Source: an uncultured Methanomassiliicoccales archaeon (GTDB lineage: Archaea > Thermoplasmatota > Thermoplasmata > Methanomassiliicoccales > UBA472). From it: 64,000 bases of DNA. The notes beneath the pieces were generated by a model that did not search any database, was not told the origin of the DNA, and worked only from the letters and a program-made list of their open reading frames with translations. The position numbers and the translations under genes were made by a program. This document shows, piece by piece, positions 50,015 to 60,228 of this stretch; position 1 is the stretch's first letter, and every line of letters begins with the position of its first letter. The stretch is from assembly GCA_963732855.1 (NCBI GenBank), contig CAVTBB010000005.1, forward strand, positions 279,663 to 343,662, written 5' to 3'.

Positions 50015-52474
50015 ATGAAGATACTAGTTATCTCTGAGAAGTCGAACGCTGCCGCCAGGATATCATATATTCTTTCCAATGCTTCGACCAAGAGGAAGAA
50101 CATGGGCGGCGTCCAGGTGTTCGAGTTCAACAGGGAGGGGGACGAATATTGGGTCGTCGGTCTGCGAGGTCACATCATCGAGATCGACTACCCCGCGGAG
50201 TTCAACGACTGGAACGCGGTCGATCCCAAGGCTTTGGTCTATGCCGTCCCGGAGAAGCGGGTCATGGCCAAAAACATCATCAGCATCCTTACCGACCTGG
50301 GCAAAGTGGCTGACCAGATCATCATCGCCACTGACTATGACCGGGAGGGAGAGCTCATAGGTCTTGAGACAGTCCACTTGCTAGGTGTCGACATGTCCAA
50401 GGTCAAGAGGTCCAAGTTCTCCGCCTTCACCAAGGTCGAGATCGAAAACGCCTTTGACAACCTCACCGACCCGGACGAGAAGTTGGCCAAGGCGGCCGAA
50501 TCAAGACAATACATAGACCTGGCATGGGGGGCGGCGCTGACTCGTTTCATATCCCTCAATTCCGGTCAGGTCGGATCCAATTTCCTCTCCGTGGGAAGGG
50601 TGCAGAGCCCGACCCTATCCCTGATCGTCGACCGTCACCGGGAGATAGCCAGTTTCGTTCCTGAACCATACTGGAACGTCACCGCCAATTTCTTTAAGGA
50701 GTCCGGTTTCAACGGTGTCCATCAGAAGAACCCGTTCCGGGTCGAGGCTGAGGCCAATGCCGCCCTGGCCCAGGTGAAAGATGCCAAGGTTGGAAAGGTG
50801 GAGAAATATGAGAAGAAGGAGAAGGACGAATATCCTCCGGCACCTTTCAACACCACCATGATGATGGCCGAAGCCAACAAGATGGGCATCTCGCCGTCCA
50901 TGGCGATGAAGCTGGCCGAAGACCTGTACACATCCGGTTACATCTCGTATCCAAGGACGGACAACACTGTCTATCCCCGGTCACTATCATTGAAGACGAT
51001 CCTGGAGAAGCTCAGGGATTCGCCGTTCAAGTCCGAGGCGGAGGAGATCCTCAAGCAGGAGTCCATCCGTCCATCTAGGGGTAAGATTGAGACCACTGAC
51101 CACCCTCCGATATACCCGACGGAGGCCGCGTCCCCGGATAAGGTCAAGGGTGACAAGTGGAAGATCTACGAGCTCATCGTCCGTCGTTTCTTCGCCACCG
51201 TGGCGCCGTCAGCCCGTTCAGAGGGAATCGACGTGACAATTCTGGTCGAGGGGGAGCCTTTCGATGCCAAAGGATACCGCATCCTCTTCGAAGGCTGGAG
51301 GAAATACTATCCCTATTGGCGTGTCACCGAGGTCTTGCTACCGGCAATGGTGCCTGGCACAGAGGTTGAGGCTAAGGGTTTCGACGTCGAGACCAAGGAG
51401 ACGCAACCGCCGCGCCGCTACTCCCAAGGTACCCTACTGCAGGAGATGGAAAAGCTCGGGCTCGGTACCAAGTCGACCCGGCATGATATCATCCAGAAGC
51501 TATACGATCGAAAGTACGCGGTAGGCAACGACCTTATACCGACCCAATCCGGCATCGCGGTGGCGACCGCTCTGGAGAAGCACGCCAAGATCGTCACCGA
51601 GAGCAAGATGACAGCGCACCTGGAGCAGGATATGGAGAACATCGCCACCGGCAAGACCACCTTGCCAGAGGTGGTCGAGGAATCCCAGGACATGCTCTCC
51701 GACATCCTGGAGGTCATGGACAAGAACAAACAGGTCATCGGGGACGATATCCGGCAGGCACTGCACGAACAGAGCTTCATCGGCCTATGCCCAGCTTGCG
51801 GTGGGAACCTTCGGGTGCTCCGTTCCAGGAAGGGGGCCGAGTTCATCGGCTGTTCTGGCTATCCAGAGTGCAAGAAGGCATTCCCCAAGCCGAGAGGGGC
51901 TTTGGTCCAGACCACAGATCAACTGTGCGACTTGTGCAAGCTTCCCAAGGTCCGTGTCATACGAAGGGGCAGCCCACCGGCGGTCATTTGCATAGACCCC
52001 GAGTGCGAGACCAACCGCGACACCACCACTGTCGGCCAATGCCCTGAATGTCAAAAGGACCTAAGGATACTCTACTCTCGCTTCGGAAAACGTTTCATCG
52101 GATGCTCCGGATACCCGACCTGCAAGAGGACCTACCCCCTGCCACAGCTCGGAACCGTGTACTCGACCGGCAATAAGTGCGAGACCTGCGGGGCACCGAT
52201 CATGGGTGTGAAGGGCGCTAGATCGTGGCAGTTCTGCGCGGACATGGATTGCGTCTCGAACAAGCGGGCGAAGAAGGAAAAGGAGATCGCAGGGGAAGAT
52301 CCTAAGAAGGCCGCCGCAAAGAAACCGGTCAAAAAGGCACCGGCGAAGAAGCCAGCGGTCAAGAAGGCCGTCGCATCTGGGGACGAGACCCCCATAAAGA
52401 AGCCAGCGGTCAAGAAGGCCGCCAAGAAAGCGCCGGCGAAGAAAACGGCTAAGCCGGAAAAGAAGACCGAGTGA
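50015..52474 (+). CDS. topA: Type IA DNA topoisomerase with zinc ribbons and Lys/Ala/Pro-rich tail
   Basis: ISEK, ATDYDREGE, GRVQSPTL, GYISYPRT, C4 zinc ribbons. Confidence 0.96.
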   Translation: MKILVISEKSNAAARISYILSNASTKRKNMGGVQVFEFNREGDEYWVVGLRGHIIEIDYPAEFNDWNAVDPKALVYAVPEKRVMAKNIISILTDLGKVADQIIIATDYDREGELIGLETVHLLGVDMSKVKRSKFSAFTKVEIENAFDNLTDPDEKLAKAAESRQYIDLAWGAALTRFISLNSGQVGSNFLSVGRVQSPTLSLIVDRHREIASFVPEPYWNVTANFFKESGFNGVHQKNPFRVEAEANAALAQVKDAKVGKVEKYEKKEKDEYPPAPFNTTMMMAEANKMGISPSMAMKLAEDLYTSGYISYPRTDNTVYPRSLSLKTILEKLRDSPFKSEAEEILKQESIRPSRGKIETTDHPPIYPTEAASPDKVKGDKWKIYELIVRRFFATVAPSARSEGIDVTILVEGEPFDAKGYRILFEGWRKYYPYWRVTEVLLPAMVPGTEVEAKGFDVETKETQPPRRYSQGTLLQEMEKLGLGTKSTRHDIIQKLYDRKYAVGNDLIPTQSGIAVATALEKHAKIVTESKMTAHLEQDMENIATGKTTLPEVVEESQDMLSDILEVMDKNKQVIGDDIRQALHEQSFIGLCPACGGNLRVLRSRKGAEFIGCSGYPECKKAFPKPRGALVQTTDQLCDLCKLPKVRVIRRGSPPAVICIDPECETNRDTTTVGQCPECQKDLRILYSRFGKRFIGCSGYPTCKRTYPLPQLGTVYSTGNKCETCGAPIMGVKGARSWQFCADMDCVSNKRAKKEKEIAGEDPKKAAAKKPVKKAPAKKPAVKKAVASGDETPIKKPAVKKAAKKAPAKKTAKPEKKTE
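52346..52421 (+). repeat. 25-bp direct repeat in the topA tail
   Basis: AAGAAGCCAGCGGTCAAGAAGGCCG at 52346-52370 and 52397-52421 (KKPAVKKA). Confidence 0.9.
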
Positions 52475-52487
52475 CCCCGGCCTTCAT

Positions 52488-52913
52488 TCAATGATTGTGA
52501 TCGCCTTCGCAAACATCGTGCACATGATCGTCCAGGTCCTCAACGGTGACATTTAGGACGTCACCGAATCCGACAACTGCCGATTTCTCGACGATGTCCT
52601 CGATGGTCTCCTTGTCAAGGCCATACTGAAGCACGTTGACTACAATTTCAAGTTTTTCAGAAGCTATACCGAAGGAGCTGGAGCAGTGAGGCTTCCCGTC
52701 TGGTGTGGTCACTGAACAAGCGATGTATTTACCCGCTTCAACCTCAGCGATGCACTTTATGTGCCCGATGAGCCTCGTTCCGGCCTCTACACAGGCCAAC
52801 GCGATCCGGGTCATGAGCGATTCCACCATCATCTGCATCTCGGCAGGCTGTATGGGGTGTTTGAAGGTAACATGGACCTTGGCAGCGCAGGCCGAAAAAT
52901 CCTCTGCCATCAT
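52488..52913 (-). CDS. Hypothetical metal-binding protein, partner of the adjacent COG0523 GTPase
   Basis: LIGHIKC; tail DDHVHDVCEGDHNH; similar to the C-terminal domain of 27199-28305. Confidence 0.8.
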   Translation of the reverse strand: MMAEDFSACAAKVHVTFKHPIQPAEMQMMVESLMTRIALACVEAGTRLIGHIKCIAEVEAGKYIACSVTTPDGKPHCSSSFGIASEKLEIVVNVLQYGLDKETIEDIVEKSAVVGFGDVLNVTVEDLDDHVHDVCEGDHNH

Positions 52914-53509
52914 GGCCCCACCATCGCTTCTACGACCTGGTCCAGGTTTTCTCCAGTGACCGCCGACACAGATATCATTCTCTTCTTGATCCCGAGCTCC
53001 TCCAGGCTGGACTTGACCACCTGGATGGCTTCCGGCCCGGACTCGTCGATCTTGTTGACCACGATCACGTCGGCGGCGTTCAGTTGGTTTTTGAGCGGTA
53101 TTGTCAATGCTTTCAAGATCAACGGGAACCTGACCGCGTCCACCACCACGAAGATCCGGACCGGATCGACCTTCGGACCTCGATACATCTTCATGGTGTC
53201 GATAATGTTCGCCGGATCCGCTATCCCCGTCGGTTCGACCAATATCATGTCAGGGGCGAAGTTGGTCGCCACCGTGTTTACGGTCTCAAGGAAATCCGAC
53301 CCGAGAGTGCAGCAGATACAGCCACTGGGCATGTCTTGGACATTCAGACCATACTTTTTCATCACGGTGCTATCGATCCCGATCTTGCCGAAATCGTTCA
53401 CGATGATAACCACCTTCTTTTTTGTGATCTCTATGTACTTACCTATCGTGGCCAATATCATTGTGGTCTTGCCAGAACCGAGAAAACCTGATACAACTAT
53501 CATGTCCAT
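52910..53509 (-). CDS. CobW/COG0523 (G3E) GTPase, G-domain only
   Basis: SGFLGSGKTT, VNDFG, SGCICC, VEPTG, NKID. Confidence 0.92.
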   Translation of the reverse strand: MDMIVVSGFLGSGKTTMILATIGKYIEITKKKVVIIVNDFGKIGIDSTVMKKYGLNVQDMPSGCICCTLGSDFLETVNTVATNFAPDMILVEPTGIADPANIIDTMKMYRGPKVDPVRIFVVVDAVRFPLILKALTIPLKNQLNAADVIVVNKIDESGPEAIQVVKSSLEELGIKKRMISVSAVTGENLDQVVEAMVGP

Positions 53510-53670
53510 AGAAGATGACTCCCTGAGATTACGGGTCGGTTGCTATCTGATGGCGCATATATAAAAGTAGGGCGATTTGGTCCGGGGACATCGAACGGAA
53601 TCGATATTCCCGCCCCGGACTGATTCTTAAAAAACGTTCTATACTGGATATTAAGAATATTTAGGGAGAG

Positions 53671-54009
53671 TCACCACTCATCTTCTTCCTTAATCCCAGT
53701 GAATGCAATGTCCTCTTCTTCCTTATCATGGGCGATGCGAGCATTTCGGCATTTTCGGCACTCAACTGTTTTGCCAAGCTTATGCTTGATTCCTACCACT
53801 GACCTGTCCAGCTCTACGATTGCACCGCATGAGCACAGGATCCGAGAGGTGGCGACCGGTTCAACCATGAGCATGGCAGATGGTCCATTCGGTCGGGCCT
53901 TTACTCTAATGACGGGCATGAACTCATCTAGATCTAGAATTTCAGTTTTCGGTTCGAGCCTGTCTGCCCCATGACCGAACACAGCATCAGCTAATTGATG
54001 GTTATACAA
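53671..54009 (-). CDS. Hypothetical small Cys protein
   Basis: CSCG..CRKC and an acidic tail; start uncertain. Confidence 0.55.
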   Translation of the reverse strand: MYNHQLADAVFGHGADRLEPKTEILDLDEFMPVIRVKARPNGPSAMLMVEPVATSRILCSCGAIVELDRSVVGIKHKLGKTVECRKCRNARIAHDKEEEDIAFTGIKEEDEW

Positions 54010-54352
54010 CCTATCCCTCCCACTCGGAAACGTCTATCTGCCATCCTTTCGCCCACAAGCTACTGGACAGCAGGAAATCTGATTATATCCCGAGTGAAAA
54101 ACACTAACACTTACGAGTATCTTAAACGTTTCGTATTAGGTTTAAGGGGTGTATGCCAGATGTCAGACACTGTTCATTTATTCCGACCATAAGGTAAGAG
54201 TGTTAACCTCTTGCCGGATATGCTCGAAAAGGTCATTGTCAGCATCGTTTGACTTCCCCATATTGTCCGTTCCGTTTTATGCCGTCGAGAGATATATTGC
54301 AGGCAATGTCATATGACTTGGCAGCGGATTTGGCAGACACTTCCTTGCGGTG

Positions 54353-54793
54353 CTACTCATCCTTTACTGTTGCGAAGGAGGCACAGGTAAGGGTCTTGCC
54401 CACACCGTCCATCTGGCGTATCTTGTCAATAACGAGGGAACCGATGCTCTCCATGGATTGACCCCGGACCTTCATCAGGATGTCGTGCTCCCCGGAGATC
54501 AGGTGCACCTCGTGGACCCCATCCAATGCCGCGATCTTCAAGGCGAGTTCCCTCTGGGACATCTTATTGTTCGGCAGGAAGGACATCAGGATGAACGCTG
54601 TAATGGGCTCACCCAGTTTAGAAAAGTCGGGCACCACGGTGAATCCTTTGATCACACCTTTCTCGGACATCCGCCTGATCCTTTCGTGAACTGTCGCCCG
54701 AGGGATGGCAAGCTCCTTGGCTATCGCTTTGGTGCTCCTTCTGGCATCCTTCTGCAGCTCCCTGAGGATGGCCTTGTCCTTCTCATCAAGCAT
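54353..54793 (-). CDS. Lrp/AsnC family transcriptional regulator
   Basis: LDEKDKAILRELQKDAR HTH, VHLISGEHDILMKV. Confidence 0.95.
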   Translation of the reverse strand: MLDEKDKAILRELQKDARRSTKAIAKELAIPRATVHERIRRMSEKGVIKGFTVVPDFSKLGEPITAFILMSFLPNNKMSQRELALKIAALDGVHEVHLISGEHDILMKVRGQSMESIGSLVIDKIRQMDGVGKTLTCASFATVKDE

Positions 54794-54817
54794 GAAGCTG
54801 TATCAAAAATGGACCTG

Positions 54818-54829
54818 TTAAGGGTTTTC
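54818..54829 (-). promoter_or_regulatory. BRE-TATA element GAAAACCCTTAA upstream of Lrp
   Basis: Identical to 34581-34592 with the same 25-nt spacing to the ATG. Confidence 0.55.
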
Positions 54830-54877
54830 CCTGTATCCACAGATTCTTAGTGAACGGTCAACCCGCACGGCGACAGG

Positions 54878-55297
54878 TTATTTCTCGATGACCTCGATAT
54901 CCATCGGGATGCCCGCCTTCACGCTCTGGGAGACGATACAGAAATCCTCGAATATCTCCTGGCACAGCTTCAGCTTGGACGGGTCCGATAGTTCCGGGTA
55001 AAGGCTGACCTTGATGTGAGTTATCCGCAACCGGCCGTGTTGGTTCCTCTCCATCCTGCTGAAGACCTCAGCCTTCAGCGACAGCATCTCGGTATGCGTC
55101 CTCCTAACGCAGAACGAGAGACTTTCACACAGGCAATTGCCGACCGCCGCGGCTAGGAACTTTCCTGCGTTCGGGTAGTTTCCGCTGCCCAATGGCTTGG
55201 GCTCATCCATTAAGATCTCCTGCGCACTGTTCATGTCGATGCGGAACCGGTATCCTTCCACCATCTCCATGCTGACCTTGAACGTCTCTTCCTCCAT
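54878..55297 (-). CDS. OsmC family protein
   Basis: DEPKPLG, AAAVGNCLC, FCIVSQS. Confidence 0.9.
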   Translation of the reverse strand: MEEETFKVSMEMVEGYRFRIDMNSAQEILMDEPKPLGSGNYPNAGKFLAAAVGNCLCESLSFCVRRTHTEMLSLKAEVFSRMERNQHGRLRITHIKVSLYPELSDPSKLKLCQEIFEDFCIVSQSVKAGIPMDIEVIEK

Positions 55298-55301
55298 GGT
55301 C

Positions 55302-56496
55302 TCACTTCCCCAGTTCCATACGCTCGATCTGCTTTATGACCTTGGAACGGATCCTCCCGCGGATGCGGCTGATCGCACACCCTCTTCCCCTTGTCAAGGA
55401 GTTTCACCTCGGCCAACTTCATCTTCCTATGGCAATGGGGACAGACTGGCATCGATTCGGGCGAGCGGGATACTCCGAACTCGTAGCAGTTCTCGCACCG
55501 GAAGGCGTATTTTCGGCCCCCGAACTTGCCTCTTTTGGCGACGTCCTTACCATCCTTCTCCACGATGTCCATGGCAAAGTCGACGGTCGGGGCATTGCTG
55601 ATGCTGGTCCCGACTCCGAAGCCGTCAGCGCCAGCCTTGGAAAGCTCATTGATCGTCGAGTCGCCCAACCCACCGGAAACGATTATCTTGACATTTTGGT
55701 AACCGCGCGAGTCCATTTCCCAGCGCACCTCACGAATTATGTCAGGGAAGTTCCCGCGTCTCGAACCCGGTGTGTCCAGACGGACCGCGAACAGGTCCTT
55801 GATCGTCTCGCACGCCATGATGGCCTCGAACTTCTCATCGCAATAGGTATCGACCAACGCCACCCGTGGGACGTCATGCTCGACTATGTCATCGAACGCC
55901 TTAAACGCCTCGCGTTGGTCGCCGATCATGATGACCAGCGCATGGGGCATTGTTCCAGACGGTTCCTGATCGACCGTCTCCGCCCCGATGATCGAGGAGA
56001 CCGAATCGCACCCGCCTATATACGAGGAACGGTCGATGACTGGCGCCAGTGCGGGGTGCATGCGGCGAACCCCGAACGATAGGACCGCCTTTCCCTCTGC
56101 GGCGATCTTGCAGCGCGCCGACATCGTTGCCACGCCGCTGGAGAAACACATGAAACCCAGGGCTGGCGATTCAAACGGACAATACTCACCATAGGGACCT
56201 TCCAGTTTCATCACCGGTACTTTGATCCCGTCGAAGCTCCGGGAGCGGAAGATAGTCCCTTCCGGGATGCCGACCAGATCGACATTCTTACCCTCGAAGA
56301 GCCTGATGACCTCCTCGGAACCACAGAACACGGCCCAGGGCCAAGGTTCCGGAAGCGATGCCACAGTGAACTCTGAAAGTGTGTTAACCCCGAGCAGGTT
56401 GCGTTCCTTGAGGACCTCCATGGTCCTCTCGAAATAGATGTCGGTCGTCCTGCCATCGGCAATGTCCTGGTCAGAAGCCCCGAAGAACTTTCCCAA
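55302..56496 (-). CDS. pncB: Nicotinate phosphoribosyltransferase, with apparent +1 frameshift near the 3' end
   Basis: TTDIYF, FGVRRMH, GTMPHAL, VRLDTPGSRRG, IVSGGL, GVGT; TTG start at 56496 after GGAGG. Removing one base at about 55353 gives REIRSKVIKQIERMELGK* ending at 55302. Confidence 0.9.
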
Positions 56497-56584
56497 TATC
56501 CCGCCTCCTTCACTGGAACGGTATCTGACTAAAGAAATGTTCGGACCGGAAAAATGGAAGGAAGCGGTTTGGAACGGCCCTCGT

Positions 56585-57862
56585 TCAATGTGATTTGAAA
56601 GCCTGGGCACCAGCGAATTTGGCCTTAGAACCCAAGGCCTCCTCGATGCGGAGAAGCCGGTTGTACTTGCAGGTGCGTTCGGCACGGCAGGGCGCACCGG
56701 TCTTGATCTGTCCGCAACCGATGGCCACCGCAATATCGGCGATGGTCGTGTCCTCGCTCTCTCCGGAGCGGTGGGAGACCATGACGTTGTAATTGCTCTT
56801 GAAGGCAAAATCAGCCGCCTCCAGCGCCTCAGTGATGGTCCCGACCTGGTTGACCTTCAGGAGAAGCGCGTTCCCGGCACCTATGGGAACGGCTTTTCGC
56901 AGCATCTTGACATTGGTCACGAAGATGTCGTCCCCGACGATCTGGAGCTTTTTACCCACGTCCTTTGTCAGCTTTGAGAATGTATCGAACGCCTCCTCAT
57001 CGAAGGGGTCCTCAAGGCTGACGATCGGATAGTCGCTCACCAGGTCCTCATAGAATCCCACCATCTGATCTGGGTCAAGGCGTCTGCCGTCAATGACATA
57101 TTCACCATCCTCAAAGAACTCGCTCGCCGCTGGGTCCATGGATAGGGACACGTCCTTGCCTGGCACGTAACCGGCCTTCTCGATTGCCTTGACCAGGGTG
57201 TCCAAGGCCTCCCTCACGGTGTTCATTGGGGGGGCGAACCCTCCCTCATCTCCGACGTTGATGGCCCCTACCCCATAGGAGTCCTTCAGGACTGTCTTGA
57301 GCGACTGGTAGACTTCGGTTCCATAACGCAATGATTCAGCGAATGTCTTTGCCCCACAGGGAGATATCATGAATTCCTGCGGACGTAGATTGCCCCCGGC
57401 ATGCTTGCCGCCGTTTATAACGTTCATTGAAGGGACCGGCAATATGTGGCTGCCTTTGCCTAGGTGCTCATGCAGAGACACACCTTTCACGATCGCGCCA
57501 GCCTTGGCGCTGGCATAGGAGACCGCGGTGGTGGCGTTGCCGCCCAGACGGGATTTGTTCTCTGTGCCGTCCAGGGCGATCATGGCCAGATCGATCGCCT
57601 TCAGGTCGGTGATGTCCATTCCGATCAATTTCGGAGCGATCATCTTACGGATGTTTTCTACGGCCTTCATCACGCCTTTGCCGCCATACCTGGCACCGCC
57701 ATCCCTGAGCTCCATGGCTTCATGCGAACCGGTCGATGCACCAGATGGTGCTATTGCGTTAACGGTCACGGTCGAGGTGCTGACCTCAGCCTCGACGGTC
57801 GGATTGCCCCTGGAATCAAGGACCTCTCGGGCCCAAACCTTTGTGATCTTAGAATCGGACAT
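56585..57862 (-). CDS. eno: Enolase
   Basis: DSRGNPTVE, PSGASTG, VGDEGG, LLKVNQVGT, VSHRSGE. Confidence 0.98.
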   Translation of the reverse strand: MSDSKITKVWAREVLDSRGNPTVEAEVSTSTVTVNAIAPSGASTGSHEAMELRDGGARYGGKGVMKAVENIRKMIAPKLIGMDITDLKAIDLAMIALDGTENKSRLGGNATTAVSYASAKAGAIVKGVSLHEHLGKGSHILPVPSMNVINGGKHAGGNLRPQEFMISPCGAKTFAESLRYGTEVYQSLKTVLKDSYGVGAINVGDEGGFAPPMNTVREALDTLVKAIEKAGYVPGKDVSLSMDPAASEFFEDGEYVIDGRRLDPDQMVGFYEDLVSDYPIVSLEDPFDEEAFDTFSKLTKDVGKKLQIVGDDIFVTNVKMLRKAVPIGAGNALLLKVNQVGTITEALEAADFAFKSNYNVMVSHRSGESEDTTIADIAVAIGCGQIKTGAPCRAERTCKYNRLLRIEEALGSKAKFAGAQAFKSH

Positions 57863-57906
57863 CGGGATCTCTCCTTCTGAAGGAACTGACCCCGAAGCAG
57901 GGTAGA

Positions 57907-58884
57907 TTACCTAATAGGTTTCGCCTGGTCCTCGCCCGTGGTATCGATGATCTCCATGTTGCGCTCGAGCAGCGCCATTTCCCTTATGCTCAACGTGCGC
58001 GGGTCCACGGAGATAATCAGGGTGGACTTGTACTCCATTACCGCTTCGACGATGTGGTGCATCATCCTCAACACCTTCTCGAAGTCGTTGTTGACGATGA
58101 GGAACTCGATCCCGTCGATTATTACGACTGAGTCCCCGGATTTCTCTACAAAGCGAATGATGGTGTCGGACAGGATGCCGATGTTGGTCGGGTTGACGTA
58201 CACCTTGCCCAGCTGGTTCGAAAGCCAGATGATAGGGGTCTTTTCCAGCTGCCATGTCTTCCGTATGGTAGTGGGGTGTTGCCGGGTGACGCACAGACCC
58301 TGGATGTTGTGAGTTACCTGGTCAACGAAAATGTCGAATGACTTCTCTGGCTTGGTTTCCTTTACGACATAACCGAAACCCTTCCTCAGGTCATACTGTT
58401 TAGCGGAACGCTTCGCCTTCTCCATACCTGCCGGCGGGGTATGAGTAGGAAGGACCTTGGAGAACAATCTGGAGAAACCGCTCGGCTTCTTCACTTCCGG
58501 TTCGATGACGATCTGGGATGGTGTCTCAAGAACCGCCTTCAAGCGCTCCGTAAGCTCCAAATTATTGAATGGCTTACGTATGTAACCGGAGACGACGTCC
58601 TGCAATCCGAAAATGTCGGTGCCGATCTCGGTGGTGGCAGTGAGCATCATCACCTTTAACTTCTCGGTCGCGCCGACCTCTTTCAATTTACGCAGGACCG
58701 TCCAGCCATCCATGTCGGGCATGTTGATGTCCAGCAAGACCAGGTCGGGTTGCTCTAAGGCCACCTTATCCAGGCAGTCCTTGCCTCCGGTAGCAGTAAT
58801 TGGGATGTAACCGGCCGAGGATACAAGCTCGGACACGATCTCCTGAATCGCCGGATTGTCATCGACTATCAGGACTTTTTTCAT
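57907..58884 (-). CDS. Receiver domain-DUF835 fusion protein
   Basis: REC (VLIVDD, LLDINMPDMDG, KPF) plus GLCVTRQHP..IWLS..IDGIEFLIVNNDF..DPRTL. Confidence 0.88.
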   Translation of the reverse strand: MKKVLIVDDNPAIQEIVSELVSSAGYIPITATGGKDCLDKVALEQPDLVLLDINMPDMDGWTVLRKLKEVGATEKLKVMMLTATTEIGTDIFGLQDVVSGYIRKPFNNLELTERLKAVLETPSQIVIEPEVKKPSGFSRLFSKVLPTHTPPAGMEKAKRSAKQYDLRKGFGYVVKETKPEKSFDIFVDQVTHNIQGLCVTRQHPTTIRKTWQLEKTPIIWLSNQLGKVYVNPTNIGILSDTIIRFVEKSGDSVVIIDGIEFLIVNNDFEKVLRMMHHIVEAVMEYKSTLIISVDPRTLSIREMALLERNMEIIDTTGEDQAKPIR

Positions 58885-59034
58885 GATACCACCAAATCAA
58901 ATTGCATTCGTTTGATGAGATTGAATGGGATGCTAAAAACTTATCCTCTGAATAATCGGCTTGGATAACGATCGGAGTATGAATTGATACGGTTGAAACC
59001 AACCGCATAAAATGGAAATTTGAAAATGGTTGAC

Positions 59035-59055
59035 GAAAGGCGCTTTACGCCTTTC
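59035..59055 (-). terminator. Hairpin overlapping the rpl40e stop codon
   Basis: GAAAGGCG-CTTTA-CGCCTTTC perfect inverted repeat. Confidence 0.5.
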
Positions 59056-59194
59056 TCGATTCCTTAGCCTTCAGGCGAAGGTGATCGTATCCGCATTTCC
59101 TGCACCGGGTGGCCCGGGGGGCGTTCCTCGCGTAGCAGTTCATGCAGACCATCTTGTTAAGAAGCCTAGCATCAGCTTCCTTGAATCGTGCCAT
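59045..59194 (-). CDS. rpl40e: 50S ribosomal protein L40e (absent from the ORF track)
   Basis: Manual translation [49 protein letters not shown]; SD-like GGAGAGG and TATA upstream. Confidence 0.97.
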   Translation of the reverse strand: MARFKEADARLLNKMVCMNCYARNAPRATRCRKCGYDHLRLKAKESRKA

Positions 59195-59259
59195 ATGAGT
59201 CCTCTCCGCCTTGAAACATAGAAGGAATATAAAAACGTTGGCAACGTCTGAGCCGATAT

Positions 59260-60228
59260 CTAGCGGTCGCCCTTGAGTTTATCGCCCACGACAACCAGGT
59301 GCGCCAAGAGCGATTCCAGCTGGATCCGCTCATTCGAACCCTCGACAATGCGGAACTCGATCTCACCGGTCTTGTCAATGAGCATGACCTTGTCATAGTC
59401 AGGTATGCTAAGGTCGAAGAATGAACGGTGGATCTGCTTGATGATGTCCTCTCCGCTCAGCCCATAGGTGAGCAGGATCTCGTCCAGCTTGTTCCTCGCC
59501 CCGACGAAGTCGCCGGAGAGCGCGGTCTCAATCATGGCCAGGACCTCGTCCGGCCTCGCGTTGCCGGTCGTTTGGTAGACGACCTCGAGCGTGACCTCAG
59601 TGCCGATCGCCGCCGCCACCTGCAATGCGTTGATCGACTTCCTCATGTCCCCTTCTCCGACATGCACCACCGCGTCCAGCGCATCCTCGGTGATCGGTAC
59701 CTTCTCTTCCGTGGCGATGCGTCTCAGGTATTCCTTCACGTCCTCTGCCCGGAGAGGCTTGAACCGGAATACCGCGCAACGGGATTGGATCGGTTCGATG
59801 ATCTTAGAAGAATAGTTGCAAGAGAGAACGAAACGACAGTTCGCCGAATATTTCTCCATGGTCCTTCTCAGTGCCGCCTGCGCATCGGAGGTGAGCGCGT
59901 CCGCCTCATCCAGGAAAATGATCTTGAACGATGAACCGCCGATCGTAGCGGTACGGGCGAAGTCCTTGATCTTGCCACGGACGACGTCGATGCCCCTCTC
60001 ATCTGAGGCGTTCAGCTCCACGAAGTTATCACGCCAGCTCTCCTTGAACAGCTCTCTGGCCAAAGCCAGTGCCGAAGTCGTCTTACCAGTTCCAGCTGGA
60101 CCGGCGAACATCAGGTGCGGCAGGTTACCGGACCGAGCGTACGAGCGCAGCCTCTCGACGATCTGGCTCTGCCCGACAATATCGTCCAGCGTCCTAGGCC
60201 GGTACTTCTCGATCCATATCTCGTTCAT
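59260..60228 (-). CDS. rfcS: Replication factor C small subunit
   Basis: [32 protein letters not shown]; no intein. Confidence 0.97.
   Translation of the reverse strand: MNEIWIEKYRPRTLDDIVGQSQIVERLRSYARSGNLPHLMFAGPAGTGKTTSALALARELFKESWRDNFVELNASDERGIDVVRGKIKDFARTATIGGSSFKIIFLDEADALTSDAQAALRRTMEKYSANCRFVLSCNYSSKIIEPIQSRCAVFRFKPLRAEDVKEYLRRIATEEKVPITEDALDAVVHVGEGDMRKSINALQVAAAIGTEVTLEVVYQTTGNARPDEVLAMIETALSGDFVGARNKLDEILLTYGLSGEDIIKQIHRSFFDLSIPDYDKVMLIDKTGEIEFRIVEGSNERIQLESLLAHLVVVGDKLKGDR

Noticed and set aside
54193-54215. GGTAAGAG-TGTTAAC-CTCTTGCC inverted repeat as an Lrp operator
   Set aside because: Single occurrence; cannot be distinguished from a terminator or chance.
55231-56808. 525-aa ORF as full-length pncB
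   Set aside because: The N-terminal ~100 codons overlap eno and lack pncB motifs; SD plus TTG at 56496 is the better start, and the 3' extension comes from the frameshift.
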